64,000 bases of DNA from Octopus sinensis. Its lineage: Eukaryota. Shown here one piece after another: positions 26,148-38,320 of the stretch. Below the pieces are notes generated by a model. That model worked only from the letters and a program-made list of their open reading frames with translations, did not search any database and had not been told where the DNA came from. Every line of letters begins with the position of its first letter. Position 1 is the stretch's first letter. Both the position numbers and the translations under genes were made by a program. Where the stretch lies: contig NC_042999.1 in assembly GCF_006345805.1 (NCBI RefSeq), positions 76,012,001 to 76,076,000 of the forward strand, written 5' to 3'.

Positions 26148-26685
26148 GCAGTGAACTGGCAGAAACATTAGCACGCCGGATGAAATGATTTGCGGTATTT
26201 CGTCTACCGCTACGTTCTGAGTTCAAATTCCGCTGAGGTCGACTTTGCCTTTCATCCTTTCGGGGTCGATTAAATAAGTACCAGTTACATACTGGGGTCG
26301 ATATAATCGACTTAATCCAGGTGTCTGTCCTTGTTGGTCCCCTCTGTGCTTAGCCCCTTGTGGGTAGTAAAGAAATAGGTATTTGGTCTGCCGCTACATT
26401 CTGAGTTCAAATTCCGCTGAGGTCGACTTTGCCTTTCATCCTTTCGGGATCGATTAAATAAGTACCAGTTACGCACTGGAGTCGATATAATCGAGTTAAT
26501 CCGTTTGTCTGTCATTGTTTGTCCTCTCTTTGTTTAGCCCATTGTGGGTAGTAAAGAAATAGGTGTTTCGCCTTTCTGTACGTTCTGAGTTCAAATTCCG
26601 CCGAGGTCGACTTTGCCTTTCATCCTCTCGGTGTCGATAAAAAGTACCAAAATCACAGGCTTTGTGTCTATATTGTTATTATTGG
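26148..26685 (+). mobile_element. SINE A array: head + 2 x 184-bp module + parent core/tail
   Basis: A-box head from 26148; units 26194-26377 and 26378-26561 end GTAAAGAAATA; a third core from 26562 ends in the parent-type GGCTTTGTGTCTATA tail. Confidence 0.92.
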
Positions 26686-28031
26686 TGGTGGTTTTGTTGA
26701 TATTATTGTTGTAGCTGTTGGGTTTTTTTTGCGATAAACAGACACCTTTAAGGAAAATCCCGACCAGTGAAATAGTACCAATTCACTTGGGATTATTTTC
26801 ACAGCAAATGATTTTAAGACATTTCAGCGCCTATTGCATTTCCTAAGGATGAAACGTAATTGTCTCCCTCGAGTATCTTTTCTATTTCATAATATTGTAA
26901 TTATTATTTACTCATGATTAAGTATGAAGGCTTTTCCCAGTGGGTTGGGAAGTGGTACAAACCACTAATGTAGTAGCAAAGGATACTACCCGCAAATTCT
27001 TTGTAAAAGATTTCAAAGACTAGTTAAGAATAGAGCTTTAAAAGAGAACAAGAGGGAAAATGTATTACCATTGAAAAAGCAAAGTAGTGAACTCCGACAT
27101 TTAGACTAACAATTAGAAATGAAAAATCGTAGCCATGGGTTTTTATACTTTTAAATAGCAAAAATGCAAACAACAGATTAGCAAATAAAGTAATATCAGA
27201 AAAAATGTTAAGTTTGGTTCTATAACAAGGCGGTAAATTTGAATATAGGTGGTGGCGGTATATCTTCAATGCCTTAGTTATGAAAGGAAAAGTCGACCCG
27301 AAGAAGAATGGTAAATACCAGAAACAACAAGATAGTGTTTCATTAATCTCTTTGTACCATTAGATATTGACACTTTCGTTCCAAAAATTGCTTCTTATCT
27401 TACTGAGTTCGATAAAATAACTACTATAAAGTACTTCTGACAGTTTCCCTATACTCCTAACACTCAAAGTGTTAGTTCTGTGTCAGAATATAACTGCGGG
27501 AAATAACTTTCAGGTAAAATTAAATTTCACTATTCTTGAGTCGTTAATAACGCTGTATCAATACTGAACAACATGTAACTTCATTAATTTTTTTTCTTTA
27601 CAGTCTGAAGCCATGAGAATATGCTCATAATTATGCACTAGCATCGACCTCGCTTCTGAAGATAAACTTTCAAAGAAGAGATATATTGGTGCTACTTGAA
27701 TCGAATATGCTTTTAATCCGTAATTATCTCTCTATATATTGTCCTATATGAAAGTAATCCATTGTCTCTGTTTAAGAAATCAAAGTTTCTTTCTAGTTAA
27801 ACTCAGACCATGACACAGTCCAAGCTGGTATTTGGAATCATTTTGTTTACAATAATTGATGCCTTTGGGAAAGGTAGAAATTTTCTATTCTCTCCCTAGT
27901 GAAGACTATCAAAGAAATTCGTTTCTGAATTTCACCTAAAATTGGTGGTTTTGAGTTAAAATTCGTGACAATCATCATTATCGTCATCACTTTCATCATC
28001 ATCTTCATCACCACCACCATCGTCGTTATCG

Positions 28032-28075
<44 letters not shown>

Positions 28076-28078
28076 TCC

Positions 28079-28109
<31 letters not shown>

Positions 28110-28110
<1 letters not shown>

Positions 28111-28520
28111 GGTTATTATTAGATCGTCTGTCTTTACGTTCTGAGATTGAATTCTGCCGAGTTCGATTTTGCATTTTGTCCTCTCAGGTCGACAAAATAA
28201 ACGCAGTTTGATCACTAGGATCGATGTAATCGACTTACTTCCGCCGCATGAACTTGCTGGCCGTGTACCAAAAGTTGAAACCATCATTATTATTTATTAA
28301 GGCGGCAAGCTGACAGACTCGTCAGCACGCCGGGCAAAATACTTAGCGGCATTTCGTCCGTCGTGTTTCCGTTCTGGGATCAAATTCCGCAGCGGTCAAA
28401 TTTGCCTTTCATCCTTTCGGGTTCGATAAATTAAGTACCAGTGAAACACTGGGGTTGATGGAATCGTTTAGTCTCCTCCCGCGAAATTTTAGGCCTTGTG
28501 CCTTAATAGAAGGAATTATT
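28110..28520 (+). mobile_element. Two adjacent SINE A copies with different tails
   Basis: 28110-28295 degenerate core + AACTTGCTGGCCGTGTACCAAAAGTTGAAACC tail; 28300-28520 full head GGCGGCAAGCTG.. + core + GGCCTTGTGCCTTAATAGAAGG tail. Confidence 0.8.
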
Positions 28521-28703
28521 TTTATTTGATGAAAACTCTTAGCTTATTTTGCTGGGTATGATGGAAAATGAAAAATGGTACGATGGAAAATGTTAGCTGT
28601 CCACAGCCAGCAGACTAAGGTGACACTTGTTTACTGGTCACGCTTCAAGAACCCTGCGAAAAATTATTGCAGTTCCAAGCAAATATGATTTTTGCAGGTG
28701 TTC

Positions 28704-28761
<58 letters not shown>

Positions 28762-29194
28762 ATGGTGATTGGTATCATCAGTAATGCATCAATCTGAAAA
28801 CAGCCTCACTGTTACTCTACACTGATCGGTAGAATCATTACATATGAGTCGGTTTAGTCAACTTCAATTCAAGAAATTGTTTGTCCTCATACTAAAGTTA
28901 GATATAGCAGGAATCATTATTCATTATCATGACTATGGTTTTAGTTGTTCTCCTGATAATATGAATACTGATATGACCGATCTTATAAATGTGTGACTAC
29001 AATACAAGGCTACAAACATTTATTACTACCATCATCGCCAGCAACACTACAAGGTCTCACACCAACACCTGAATCGCTAAATTATTAAAAACACCACCTA
29101 CATCATTGCACTAACAACCCCATCTCTTTTCAATAAAGGGAGACGCAACCCCAAGTATCCACCACTACCACCTCCTCGTCATCATTATAATGGT

Positions 29195-29225
<31 letters not shown>

Positions 29226-29685
29226 AGCAGTAGCAGCATCATTATGATCAGGAAAATGGCAATAATAGATCAAACTAACTATATCCAGCTATTTGTCTCC
29301 CTGGAAAAGTATTCAGTATTTAACACTCATAAGTTTATTAAATGTGACAGCTGGTGTTCCTACCCTTACTCTTGTTGTTGTTATATTTGAATTTTTGTAG
29401 CTGAAATTGTCAATGATGTGGTGGTTATGGTGTTTCTTTCCTTAATCTTGTTCTAAGCATCCTACTCATCGATCATAACAAACCAGAGAGATAGATACAA
29501 ACAACATCGCCAATACAAATAAACAGTCAGATAATGACAGGTGTAACATCACATTCTACTAGACTTAGGTGTCTACGTGTGTGAGTGTTTGTGCGTCTAT
29601 ATTGCATGTGTGCTGTGTTTGGTTGTGTCAGTGTGTGGGAATACACACGCTCATATCTATATCTGTATATTTATATATAAACATA

Positions 29686-30533
29686 CGTAATCTGATCAAT
29701 AAGTATCCGGAATGTTGCAATAGTAACGAAGCTAAAGCGTACAGAGTGAAGCCCCTGGGCACATATTGAGCGCACTAAGTTTTAATGTTCTAGCTCACTT
29801 CTGCTGTTTACAGCAGTAAATGAAAGGTAGGTGTGTAGCGTGTATTCGTTGCATTGACTATGACTGAGAAAGTTGAGCAGAGAATCTGCATCAAATTTTA
29901 CCCAAATTTTGGCGATACCTGCTCAGAGGCTCACGCAAAGTTTTCATCGTTCTCGACACAATGAAGGAGATTTTGGGCATCTGAAACCCGAGTGTTTTTT
30001 TTTTTTTTTGGTCAGCTGAAAAAAGTTTTGGCAGACACGCGTCTCATACCCAAATTTTCAGTGATAATGGACTGAACTGAACCGTAACTAATCTGCACAT
30101 CCTCTAATAACTCATGGGTGGTGATTCAACGATTTCCCCTCACAAATTAACCTACATCTGCATTTTTTCTCAGTTCTATTGGTTGCAGGTCTCCCAGAAC
30201 GTTCATCACTATCGACACTTTCTCGGCCAACTTGGAAACGTCTGAACCACTCGTACAGTTGAGTGCAGCTCACACACTTCCTGCTACTTTGCGTAGGCCT
30301 CTGAGCAGGTATATCGCCAGGACAACTTATTCTGTCATGGTCAATGCGACAATTACACGCAACACATCTTCCTTCTAAGCACTACTGTAAACAACGGGAG
30401 TGAGCTAGGACGTTAAAACTTACTGTGCATGCACAACAGAGTTCAAGTTCAATCTTTGTTCTAGCGACTTCACTCTGCGTGCTTTAGCTCCGTTACTATG
30501 GCAACAATCCGGATACTTATTAATTAGACCTCG
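29686..30533. mobile_element. Mariner-derived non-autonomous element made of two left ends in inverted orientation
   Basis: TA at 29684-85 and 30534-35; inverted ends (CG..TCT.AT.AATAAGTATCCGGA.TGTTGC.ATAGTAACG.AGCTAAAGC); + strand MTEKVEQRICIKF (29860-); - strand YEWFRRFQVGRESVDSDERSGRP..GMRRVSAK (30260-30030). Confidence 0.85.
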
Positions 30534-31397
30534 TACATGTGTGGAAACATATACTACACACACATTCACAAAAGTGTACGAGCATATCTATCTGCCTTTT
30601 CGTCTATCTCCCTTCTTCTCTGTCTCTCTCTCTCTCTCTCTCTCACTATATATATATAATTACAGACGTCGCTCGCGATCGCACGTCTTTTCGCTAATTG
30701 CTGTTAGTGCCCATCCAGTCGGTCATACCTATGTTGACCCAACAGAACCTCCAGAAAATAACAGTTAAATTTAGAGAGGTTTTAGTGACTAGCTGGTTTA
30801 TTTGTGGTTCATTTATAAGTAAAAATAATATACAGAAGTGTTATATGAACTTAACAGTACAAATGCATATGGTGACTGCTGCAACTTCACAGATAATTGC
30901 CGTCTTCTTAAGGTTCCTCATTGTCAAAGGCATCTCTGACACTGTATGGCCTGAAGCTTAGGTAACTGACAAAAGCTGTGACTTATTGTGCGCTTCCAAC
31001 TGATTAGATCTGAACATGTGGCCACTCTCCTATTGCTGTAGATGTTCAGATGGAATGACAAATGAAGTCATGATAAAGAGACACATGAACGTCATTGAAT
31101 TATAGTAATACAAGCTTGAACAACACGAATATCCGTGATTAGTACCTAGTGACTGGTCGAAACTAAATGATTAGTAGTCACGGGAAACCGCACTTTTCAT
31201 CTTGTAGAGAGGCTCTTGTTCGGGAGTTTCAGGACTTTGAGTAAATCAAAAGCGCCTTTAGCCATTATTAGCAACTATCAGAGACCTTTAGCTCTTTTCG
31301 CATACATACATACATACATACATACATACATACATACATACATACATACATACGTGTGTGCGTGAGTGTGTGAGTGTATGTGTGTGTGTGTGTATGT

Positions 31398-31700
31398 GAA
31401 GGCGCATGGCTTAGAGGTTAGGGTATTGCACTCACGATCGCAAGATCGTGGGTTCGATTCCCAAACCGGGCGTTGCATTGTATTCTTGAGCAAAGCACTT
31501 CATTTCACGTTGCTCTGCTATCATTTCTACATCTGTCATGTGACACCCGTTGCACCAGTACAGGTCATATCGATCTGATAGAGAGAGTCAGCTTATGTCT
31601 AAACAAACATTTGATCACTATAAACAAATCATCTGTGTGGATGTTCGCTAAGAATTCGTCGAACCCTCATACGTCGTCTAACGACGGGAGAGTCCATCGT
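31398..31700 (+). mobile_element. tRNA-derived SINE (family C) ending in (TATG)n
   Basis: A box TGGCTTAGAGG (31407-17), B box GGTTCGATTCC (31451-61), then a non-tRNA body TTGTATTCTTGAGCAAAGCACTT.. shared with the SINE at 60240. Confidence 0.8.
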
Positions 31701-31723
31701 ATGTATGTATGTATGTATGTATG

Positions 31724-31764
<41 letters not shown>

Positions 31765-31800
31765 GAAAGAATGGAGTCGAACGAAGATGTTAACAAAATT

Positions 31801-31892
31801 CCTTTACTCCCGATACGTTTCGAAGACAGCATATTTTTATTTTCAAAGGAATAAAGGGTGCATTATGCAATCTTCTCATCAGGAAAGAAAGG
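31801..31892 (-). ncRNA. Mirror-image hammerhead ribozyme, stem III damaged
   Basis: Minus strand CCTTTCTTTC-CTGATGA-GAAGA...TCTTC-GAAAC-GTATC-GGGAGTAAAGG; a 2-nt deletion and a G>A change disrupt stem III / the cleavage triplet. Confidence 0.65.
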
Positions 31893-32013
31893 GAGCCTCT
31901 CTCAACAACAAGACGAACAAAAATTTCGATGATTGCCTACATGGCATTATTGCTTTGTTTACCATGTAGGCAATCATCGAAATTTTTGTTTGTTTTGTTG
32001 TCGAGAGAGGCTC

Positions 32014-32106
32014 CCTTTCTTTCCTGATGAGAAGATTGCATAATGCACCCTTTATTCCTTTGGAATGAAAATGTGCTGTCTTCGAAACATGTGTCGAGAG
32101 TAAAGG
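32014..32106 (+). ncRNA. Type I hammerhead ribozyme, intact core, predicted GUC cleavage after 32095
   Basis: Stem I CCTTTCTTTC (32014-23) / GAGAG-t-AAAGG (32096-106); CTGATGA (32024-30); stem II GAAGA (32031-35) / TCTTC (32079-83), extendable; GAAAC (32084-88); short stem III containing the palindrome ACATGT; GTC (32093-95). Confidence 0.8.
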
Positions 32107-32302
32107 AATTTTGTTAACATCTTCGTTCGACTCCATTCTTTCATTTATTCATATACAACACACAAATTTCTACACATGAACCCGGAGTTTCTACCCTTGA
32201 CAGGTCGCTTCAACTGTGTTTTCTGACGTGATTTGCTACCCAGGTTTCGGTTAAACGAATTTTCCATGCTAACCATAAACATAGGATAATTCATTCACCT
32301 AC

Positions 32303-32400
<98 letters not shown>

Positions 32401-33121
32401 ATTCTGATGAATTAGGTACTTAAGTTGAGGCACCAAGTCAGTCCTGTATTATCCGCACAGCTCGAGGTAAGGAGAATAAAATCAAAATAAGCAACATGAT
32501 ACCGTCGTACTGCATCATTTCTTTATATCTTTATATGCTTATTTTGAATACACACACTCACACAAATATATATATATATTCTCTCTTCCGTTGCTTCTCT
32601 TTCTTTTCTTTTCTCTCTTCTCTGTCACGTGACTGCTGGCCGAAATCTGCCTTTCAGCTTCTGACCAGCGTCGTGTTAACATCGTTGTTTTTCGTCCGCC
32701 GCTATAGGCATCGCCGATAAGGCTCCTTTCCTTGCGCCAGAGAAAAAATTTGTTTGCTTGTTATCAGTCGTAAGACACTTGTTGTTGTTTTCACCGTTAA
32801 TGCTTCTGTATTTCATGTTTCTGTATTCCATTATTTTTTTTGTTTTTTTATATTCGTCCCTTTTGCTGTCCTGGTGTCCGTATGCATTCGATCCTTCTTC
32901 CAAGAAATCTACGCTCCCAGCTTAGTTTTTCTAATGCTCGTTGCTTAGTTTTTCTTGGAGGGCTGGCCGTGATCTAGTAATCTCAAGATTAATCAGCCGA
33001 AATTACTACGATGATCCGGTTCTTGACTGAAGACTGAGGGTTTCGAATGTCCTGTCCGTGTTTATTGTATCGTCTTCTAAGAGTTATACGTTCTTGCCCA
33101 TGTTGTATTTTTCTACATACC

Positions 33122-33163
<42 letters not shown>

Positions 33164-33173
33164 TACATACACT

Positions 33174-33256
<83 letters not shown>

Positions 33257-33704
33257 CAACAGAGAGAGAGAGAAAGAGAGATGAGACAGACAGACAGACA
33301 GACAGAGAGGAGAGTCAAGAGGTGAGATCCTGAGATTTTCGATATAGAAAACACGTAGTAGTTCTAAAATGATTTGAACTTACACTCCGAATCTTGAGCG
33401 AGGACTAAGCATGCAGGGTCGAGAGCGGTTATAAGAGAAGGCCTGATGAACTGATAAGGAGATAGTGATGTAAATATACACGCTTGGGCTTCATATATAA
33501 AATATGCATACGTATACTCATGTAAGAATATATATATGGATATATGGAGAAACAAAAACTGGAAATATTCAAATGACCACTCGTGTGTAGGCATTTAGGT
33601 ATTTATATATTTACAGAAGAAATTTACATAGAGTACAAAAATAAATTTGTTCTGTAAATATATAAAGATATAAAATATAAATATAAATATCTTCAGTTTT
33701 AGTT

Positions 33705-33737
<33 letters not shown>

Positions 33738-33831
33738 TTATATATATATATTTACGTGTGTAAATTTATGTATGTATATATATATATATATATATATATT
33801 ATATCAAGCCCGAACGTGTTTATCTACACCA

Positions 33832-33960
<129 letters not shown>

Positions 33961-34072
33961 GTGTGTGTGTGTGTGTGTGTGTGTATGTATGCATGTATGT
34001 ACGTATGTCTGAGGAGATTGCCATGCTTTGAGTCCCCAAAACTAATGCAACGTGGTAATGTGTATGTGTTTC

Positions 34073-34103
<31 letters not shown>

Positions 34104-34750
34104 AGAAAGAAAAAAGAAAGAGAGAGATATACACGCACACACACACACACACACACATATAAAAATTACAGAGACGCACCAGTGTAGAACACAGATACAC
34201 ATGTACACTCACGCACAAAACAAATCGCCCACACTAATACATAGGGAGATAAATATATCGATCGTTAGATAAACAAACTAACAGAAAGATAGGTATATGT
34301 CTGTCTGACGGTCTTTTAGTATAGTTATCTGTATGCAGAAGAGTGACTATTCCTAATATACTTACATCTTACATTTATACAACCAGCTTTCAGTGAGTTT
34401 TTGCGCAGATGTATGTACGTTTATATTCACATATATACTTGTTTGGTCACTTAATGATAGCACTTTCTGGGCAATCAATCATTCAACCATATAAACGTAG
34501 GTTTAACATTTATAGATGTTTGATATACATATAACTACTGAAAGTGATCGATCATGACGTATTAATAAGGTTCGTGGTGATCGAGAGACAAAAAACTCAG
34601 CATGTCAACAGCGATCAACTAAATATATTCTGCTAAGGACTTTCAGACTGCTATGGAGAACTTCTTCAAACATCTGGTCTAGCAGGGCTACTGATAGGAA
34701 TGGAGATATTAAGTTCGGATTTAATTGTTGAGATACGGTAGTATCGTATC

Positions 34751-34835
34751 TCAACAAGCTTGTCTAATGAGCTTGTCAACAAGTTTGTCTAATGAGCTTG
34801 TCACCGAGCTTGTCTAATAAGCTTGTCTAATGAGC
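34751..34835. repeat. Minisatellite of alternating 12/13-bp units (RAGCTTGTC-TAAT / -AAC), 25-bp higher-order repeat
   Basis: AAGCTTGTCTAAT GAGCTTGTCAAC AAGTTTGTCTAAT GAGCTTGTCACC GAGCTTGTCTAAT AAGCTTGTCTAAT GAGC. Confidence 0.9.
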
Positions 34836-34960
34836 AGGCATCCTTCCAATGTCAACTGTTGTCATATGAATGACGAGTTCTGCTACTAGCGTAGTCCACT
34901 GCGACCAAGGAGAAAATGTGAACAAAGTGATAAGAGCTGATTATGAACACTTTATTATTA

Positions 34961-35585
34961 GGGCGGCAAGCTGGCAGAATCATCAGCACTCCGGGCGAAA
35001 TGCTTTGCGTCTGCCGCTACGTTCTGAGTTCAAATTCCGCCGAGGTCGACTTTGCCTTTCATCCTTTCGGGGTCGATTAAATAAGTACCAGTTACGCACT
35101 GGAGTCGATATAATCGACTTAATCCGTTTGTCTGTCCTTGTTTGTCCTCTCTCTGTGTTTAGCCCCTTGTGGGTAGTAAAGAAATAGGTATTTCGTCTGT
35201 CTTTACGCCCGAGTTCAAATTCCGCCGAGGTCGACTTTGCCTTTCATCCTTTCAGGGGTCGATTAAATAAGTACCAGTTACGCACTGGGGTCGATGTAAT
35301 CGACTTAATCCGTTTGTCTGTCTTTGTTTTTCGTCTCTGTGTTTAGCCCCTTGTGGGTAGTAAAGAAATAGGTATTTCGTCTGCCTTGAAGGTGGCGAGC
35401 TGGCAGAATCTTTAGCCCGCCGGGCGAAATGCTTTGTGGTATTTCGTCGCCGCTGCGTTCAAAATCCGCCGAGGTCGACTTTGCCTTTCATCCTTTCGGG
35501 GTCGATTAAATAAGTACAGTTACGCACTGGGATCGATGTAATCGACTTAATCCCCTCTCTCAAGCTAATTTTGTGGTAAACATTA
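34961..35585 (+). mobile_element. SINE A array: head + 2 modules + GGTATTTCGTCTGCC stub + another SINE copy
   Basis: Modules end at 35186 and 35370 (GTAAAGAAATA), each followed by GGTATTTCGTCTG; a new head starts near 35390. Confidence 0.92.
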
Positions 35586-35601
35586 CTATTATTATTATTA
35601 T

Positions 35602-35645
<44 letters not shown>

Positions 35646-35671
35646 ATAGTAGTAGTAGTAGTAGTAGTAGT

Positions 35672-35723
<52 letters not shown>

Positions 35724-35829
35724 TAGTAGTAGTAGTAGTAACAGCAGCAGCAACATGATGCTTTCAAAAGTTTCGTGAAAATTTATTTGCAGTATCATCA
35801 TGTGTGCTTCCTATATTCATGAAGTGATT

Positions 35830-37500
35830 CTAGCATTGCCTTCCTGGAAATTTAGAATTGAATTTGTATATTACTTCACATTTGGTTTTTCTGTAAGAAT
35901 CTTTCTGTATTTTTTTTCTTAATATTTTTCGTGCTTTTGTAGTGTTTCGTACTCTGTTTAGAACATGTGCGATGTGAGTCGTGTTGTTTTCTAAGATAGT
36001 GTTTGTATTTCCTATGCGCTGTGTCATTAGAGGTGTGTGTTTTAATGTGGAACGGAAATTAATATAGCACTACTCACACATCAGAGAATGTGCTGTGTCA
36101 GCAGAGTAATATGGTTGTAAGTATTGTACATGTATATAAGGTATGTTATATTATCCGGAGTTTGCTTTGGTTGTGTACTGTGCAGAGAATTTAAAAGTGT
36201 CTTGTGTAGCCATGACTACCACAGAAAAGATAGGCCTGCCTAACAGGACTGACTGTCATTTGTGAGTCATGATGGTATTGTTTGTACTATTTTATTCATA
36301 TATCTTATCACACATTGTATTCTAATTAGTATTGCTTTTCTTTATATTTCTGGCATCCGTTTTACTTATCAGTTTCGGGATCCATGTACTTTGACAGGTT
36401 CTTCGGCACCCTTCGGGTAATCTTTTCATCAGAAGGGATCAAGTTGTCTATCAAAACACTTTTGTTATTGCTTTTGGTACTTATATTTGGTCAGTTTGTT
36501 GGGATCTTACCAGTTTGGACAGGTGGCCATTTTCATATATAGTGGTGTTTGATGCATATTTATACAACTTATACACTTTCCTGTCGATAAACTGACCGAT
36601 GGGCATAGCTACCGACACAATAATTACAGAATATGCTTGATTTTCCCCCACACAGAGAAAACTGGAAACAATGTAATCCTTTGCACTGAGAGCTCGTCGT
36701 TTTGTACTGATTGTTCAGTCGTTTTACATTATTAAATATTAGTAATCTTCTGTGGCTTGGAATTTGATCTGACCTGCTAGAATCAACTTTTCTGATTTTA
36801 TGCTTAACTCAGAACTTCTAAGCTGTGTTTAGCTATAACTTTTGATAACTTCCATCTTGACGAAACTTTGAGTTCTTGGTTTAAATTGGTTTTCCTTTCC
36901 ATATTTTCTTCGGTATATTTTGCAGATCTTTTTCTGATTTTCTCATCTGGTTTTTAAACTTCTAGGTTGTGTTTCAATATATAAATCTTTATTCTTCTGT
37001 GTTGTTTTTTAATTAGTTCTTTCATATAGAGAGACACGTTTCTTTTTGTTTTACACATTTCTCCTCCTTACACACCTATTTCTTTTATCTCGCTTTTAAG
37101 TGTTTCAAAATGTGTTATTTTGTAGGAGTCTCTATTAGTATCAGACCCTGTTACCCTGTATGCAGGGCTGATACACTTTAACTTTGTTGGCAGTGGTGTG
37201 GTGGCCTCCGAGCGCTGTTAGGAGCTTGGCTTTCTGCTTTTATACCTGCCATTCAATTTATTTTATTGAAGCAGTATTTTATAACTAAGATCGTTAATGT
37301 AATTATACAGATTAACTTACTTTAAGGATTTAGTTCAATTTTTAATGATAATCTAACATCTCCTTTTCTGAAGTATTCTTTACTAATTTTTCTTTTTCAT
37401 TTCACTGTGAAGCATCTTATCAATTCGATCTATTCCTAGACATTAGTATTGATGTTTCTGAAGTAATTTCGGAGTTTGATTTCCATATCTAATTGAATGC
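35830..37500 (-). mobile_element. Old R4/Dong-type fossil (RT C-terminal half to 3' end)
   Basis: Minus-strand patches EMKKKISKEYFRK..LKIELN..IKYCFNKIN (37240-37410) and IKSEKLILAG (~36780); many stops. Confidence 0.55.
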
Positions 37501-37782
37501 TTTCAATTTTAGTAAATTTGCATCTTATTGTAGCTTTGGCACATCTGCCGCTTCATTTTATAAACTGACTGAATTTTAAAACAATCTTTAGCAGGTTTTC
37601 CAACAAGGTATTATAAGAGAACATTAAATTTTAACTGTAGCTTCTAAATCCAGTTTGCTACACGTGTCAGAATTAGGCAAAACCGTAGAAGTGATACATG
37701 TCGTACTGGAAGATTTCATTTTTTATGAGCATATGGCCTGTTTTGATTATCTGCACTAGTAGTAATTAGATTCTTATTGCTG

Positions 37783-37845
<63 letters not shown>

Positions 37846-37854
37846 TATTTCATA

Positions 37855-38320
37855 TACGAATAACAGATGAAACTGTTGGAAAAGAAAAAATTCCTAACAT
37901 CGGGCTACAAGTAACCTTAGATGCCAAGAACGTTCCTAAGTATCATAGTTGTTCCTAATAACATTGTTTATGGAGTTACACTAAACTAGGTTTCATGCTT
38001 ATTTCCTCTATCCCCCTTTCAAATCTTTAAAGATATTTCCTAATGCACCTAGAACAACTGGTATACATTTTACTCGCACTTTCCATGACCTCTGTAAGCC
38101 AATGTTTCGGGATGCCTGCCGAAGATTTTCATTGCTCCGTAAGTTTTGGCACAAATTGTTCATTTCCCTCTTCAGATTTCATTGTCGTGGATTTTTGTTA
38201 TGACTTTTGCTGTAGAAACGGTCTCGACTGCAAGGGACAGCTCGTTCCCGCGTTTTGACCTGTAAGATATTGGAATATTGTGTGGGAAGTGTATATCTTT
38301 ATTCCAAGATATATGGGCCA
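37855..38320 (-). mobile_element. R4/Dong-type RLE 3' fragment ending at (TAA)n
   Basis: Minus strand HNIP..AVLAVE..WKVRVKCIPVVLGALGNI; the 3' end runs into the 37787-37850 tract. Confidence 0.7.

Larger units (their letters stand above)
31759..32148. repeat. ~390-bp fold-back palindrome (two ~185-bp arms, 17-nt loop 31945-31961)
   Basis: Arm 31761-31944 vs reverse complement of 31962-32146: 8 transitions and 2 small indels by my manual alignment. Confidence 0.97.

Noticed and set aside
26194-26561. CRISPR-like or satellite reading of the 184-bp tandem units
   Set aside because: There are no unique spacers; the units are SINE-derived (B box, shared core) in eukaryotic DNA.
31398-31470. tRNA genes at 31398, 54260 and 60240
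   Set aside because: A/B boxes are present but no complete cloverleaf acceptor stem, and each continues into a SINE body and tail.
33020-33060. CTGAAGA..CGAATGTC as a hammerhead
   Set aside because: Stem II does not pair and GAAA is incomplete.
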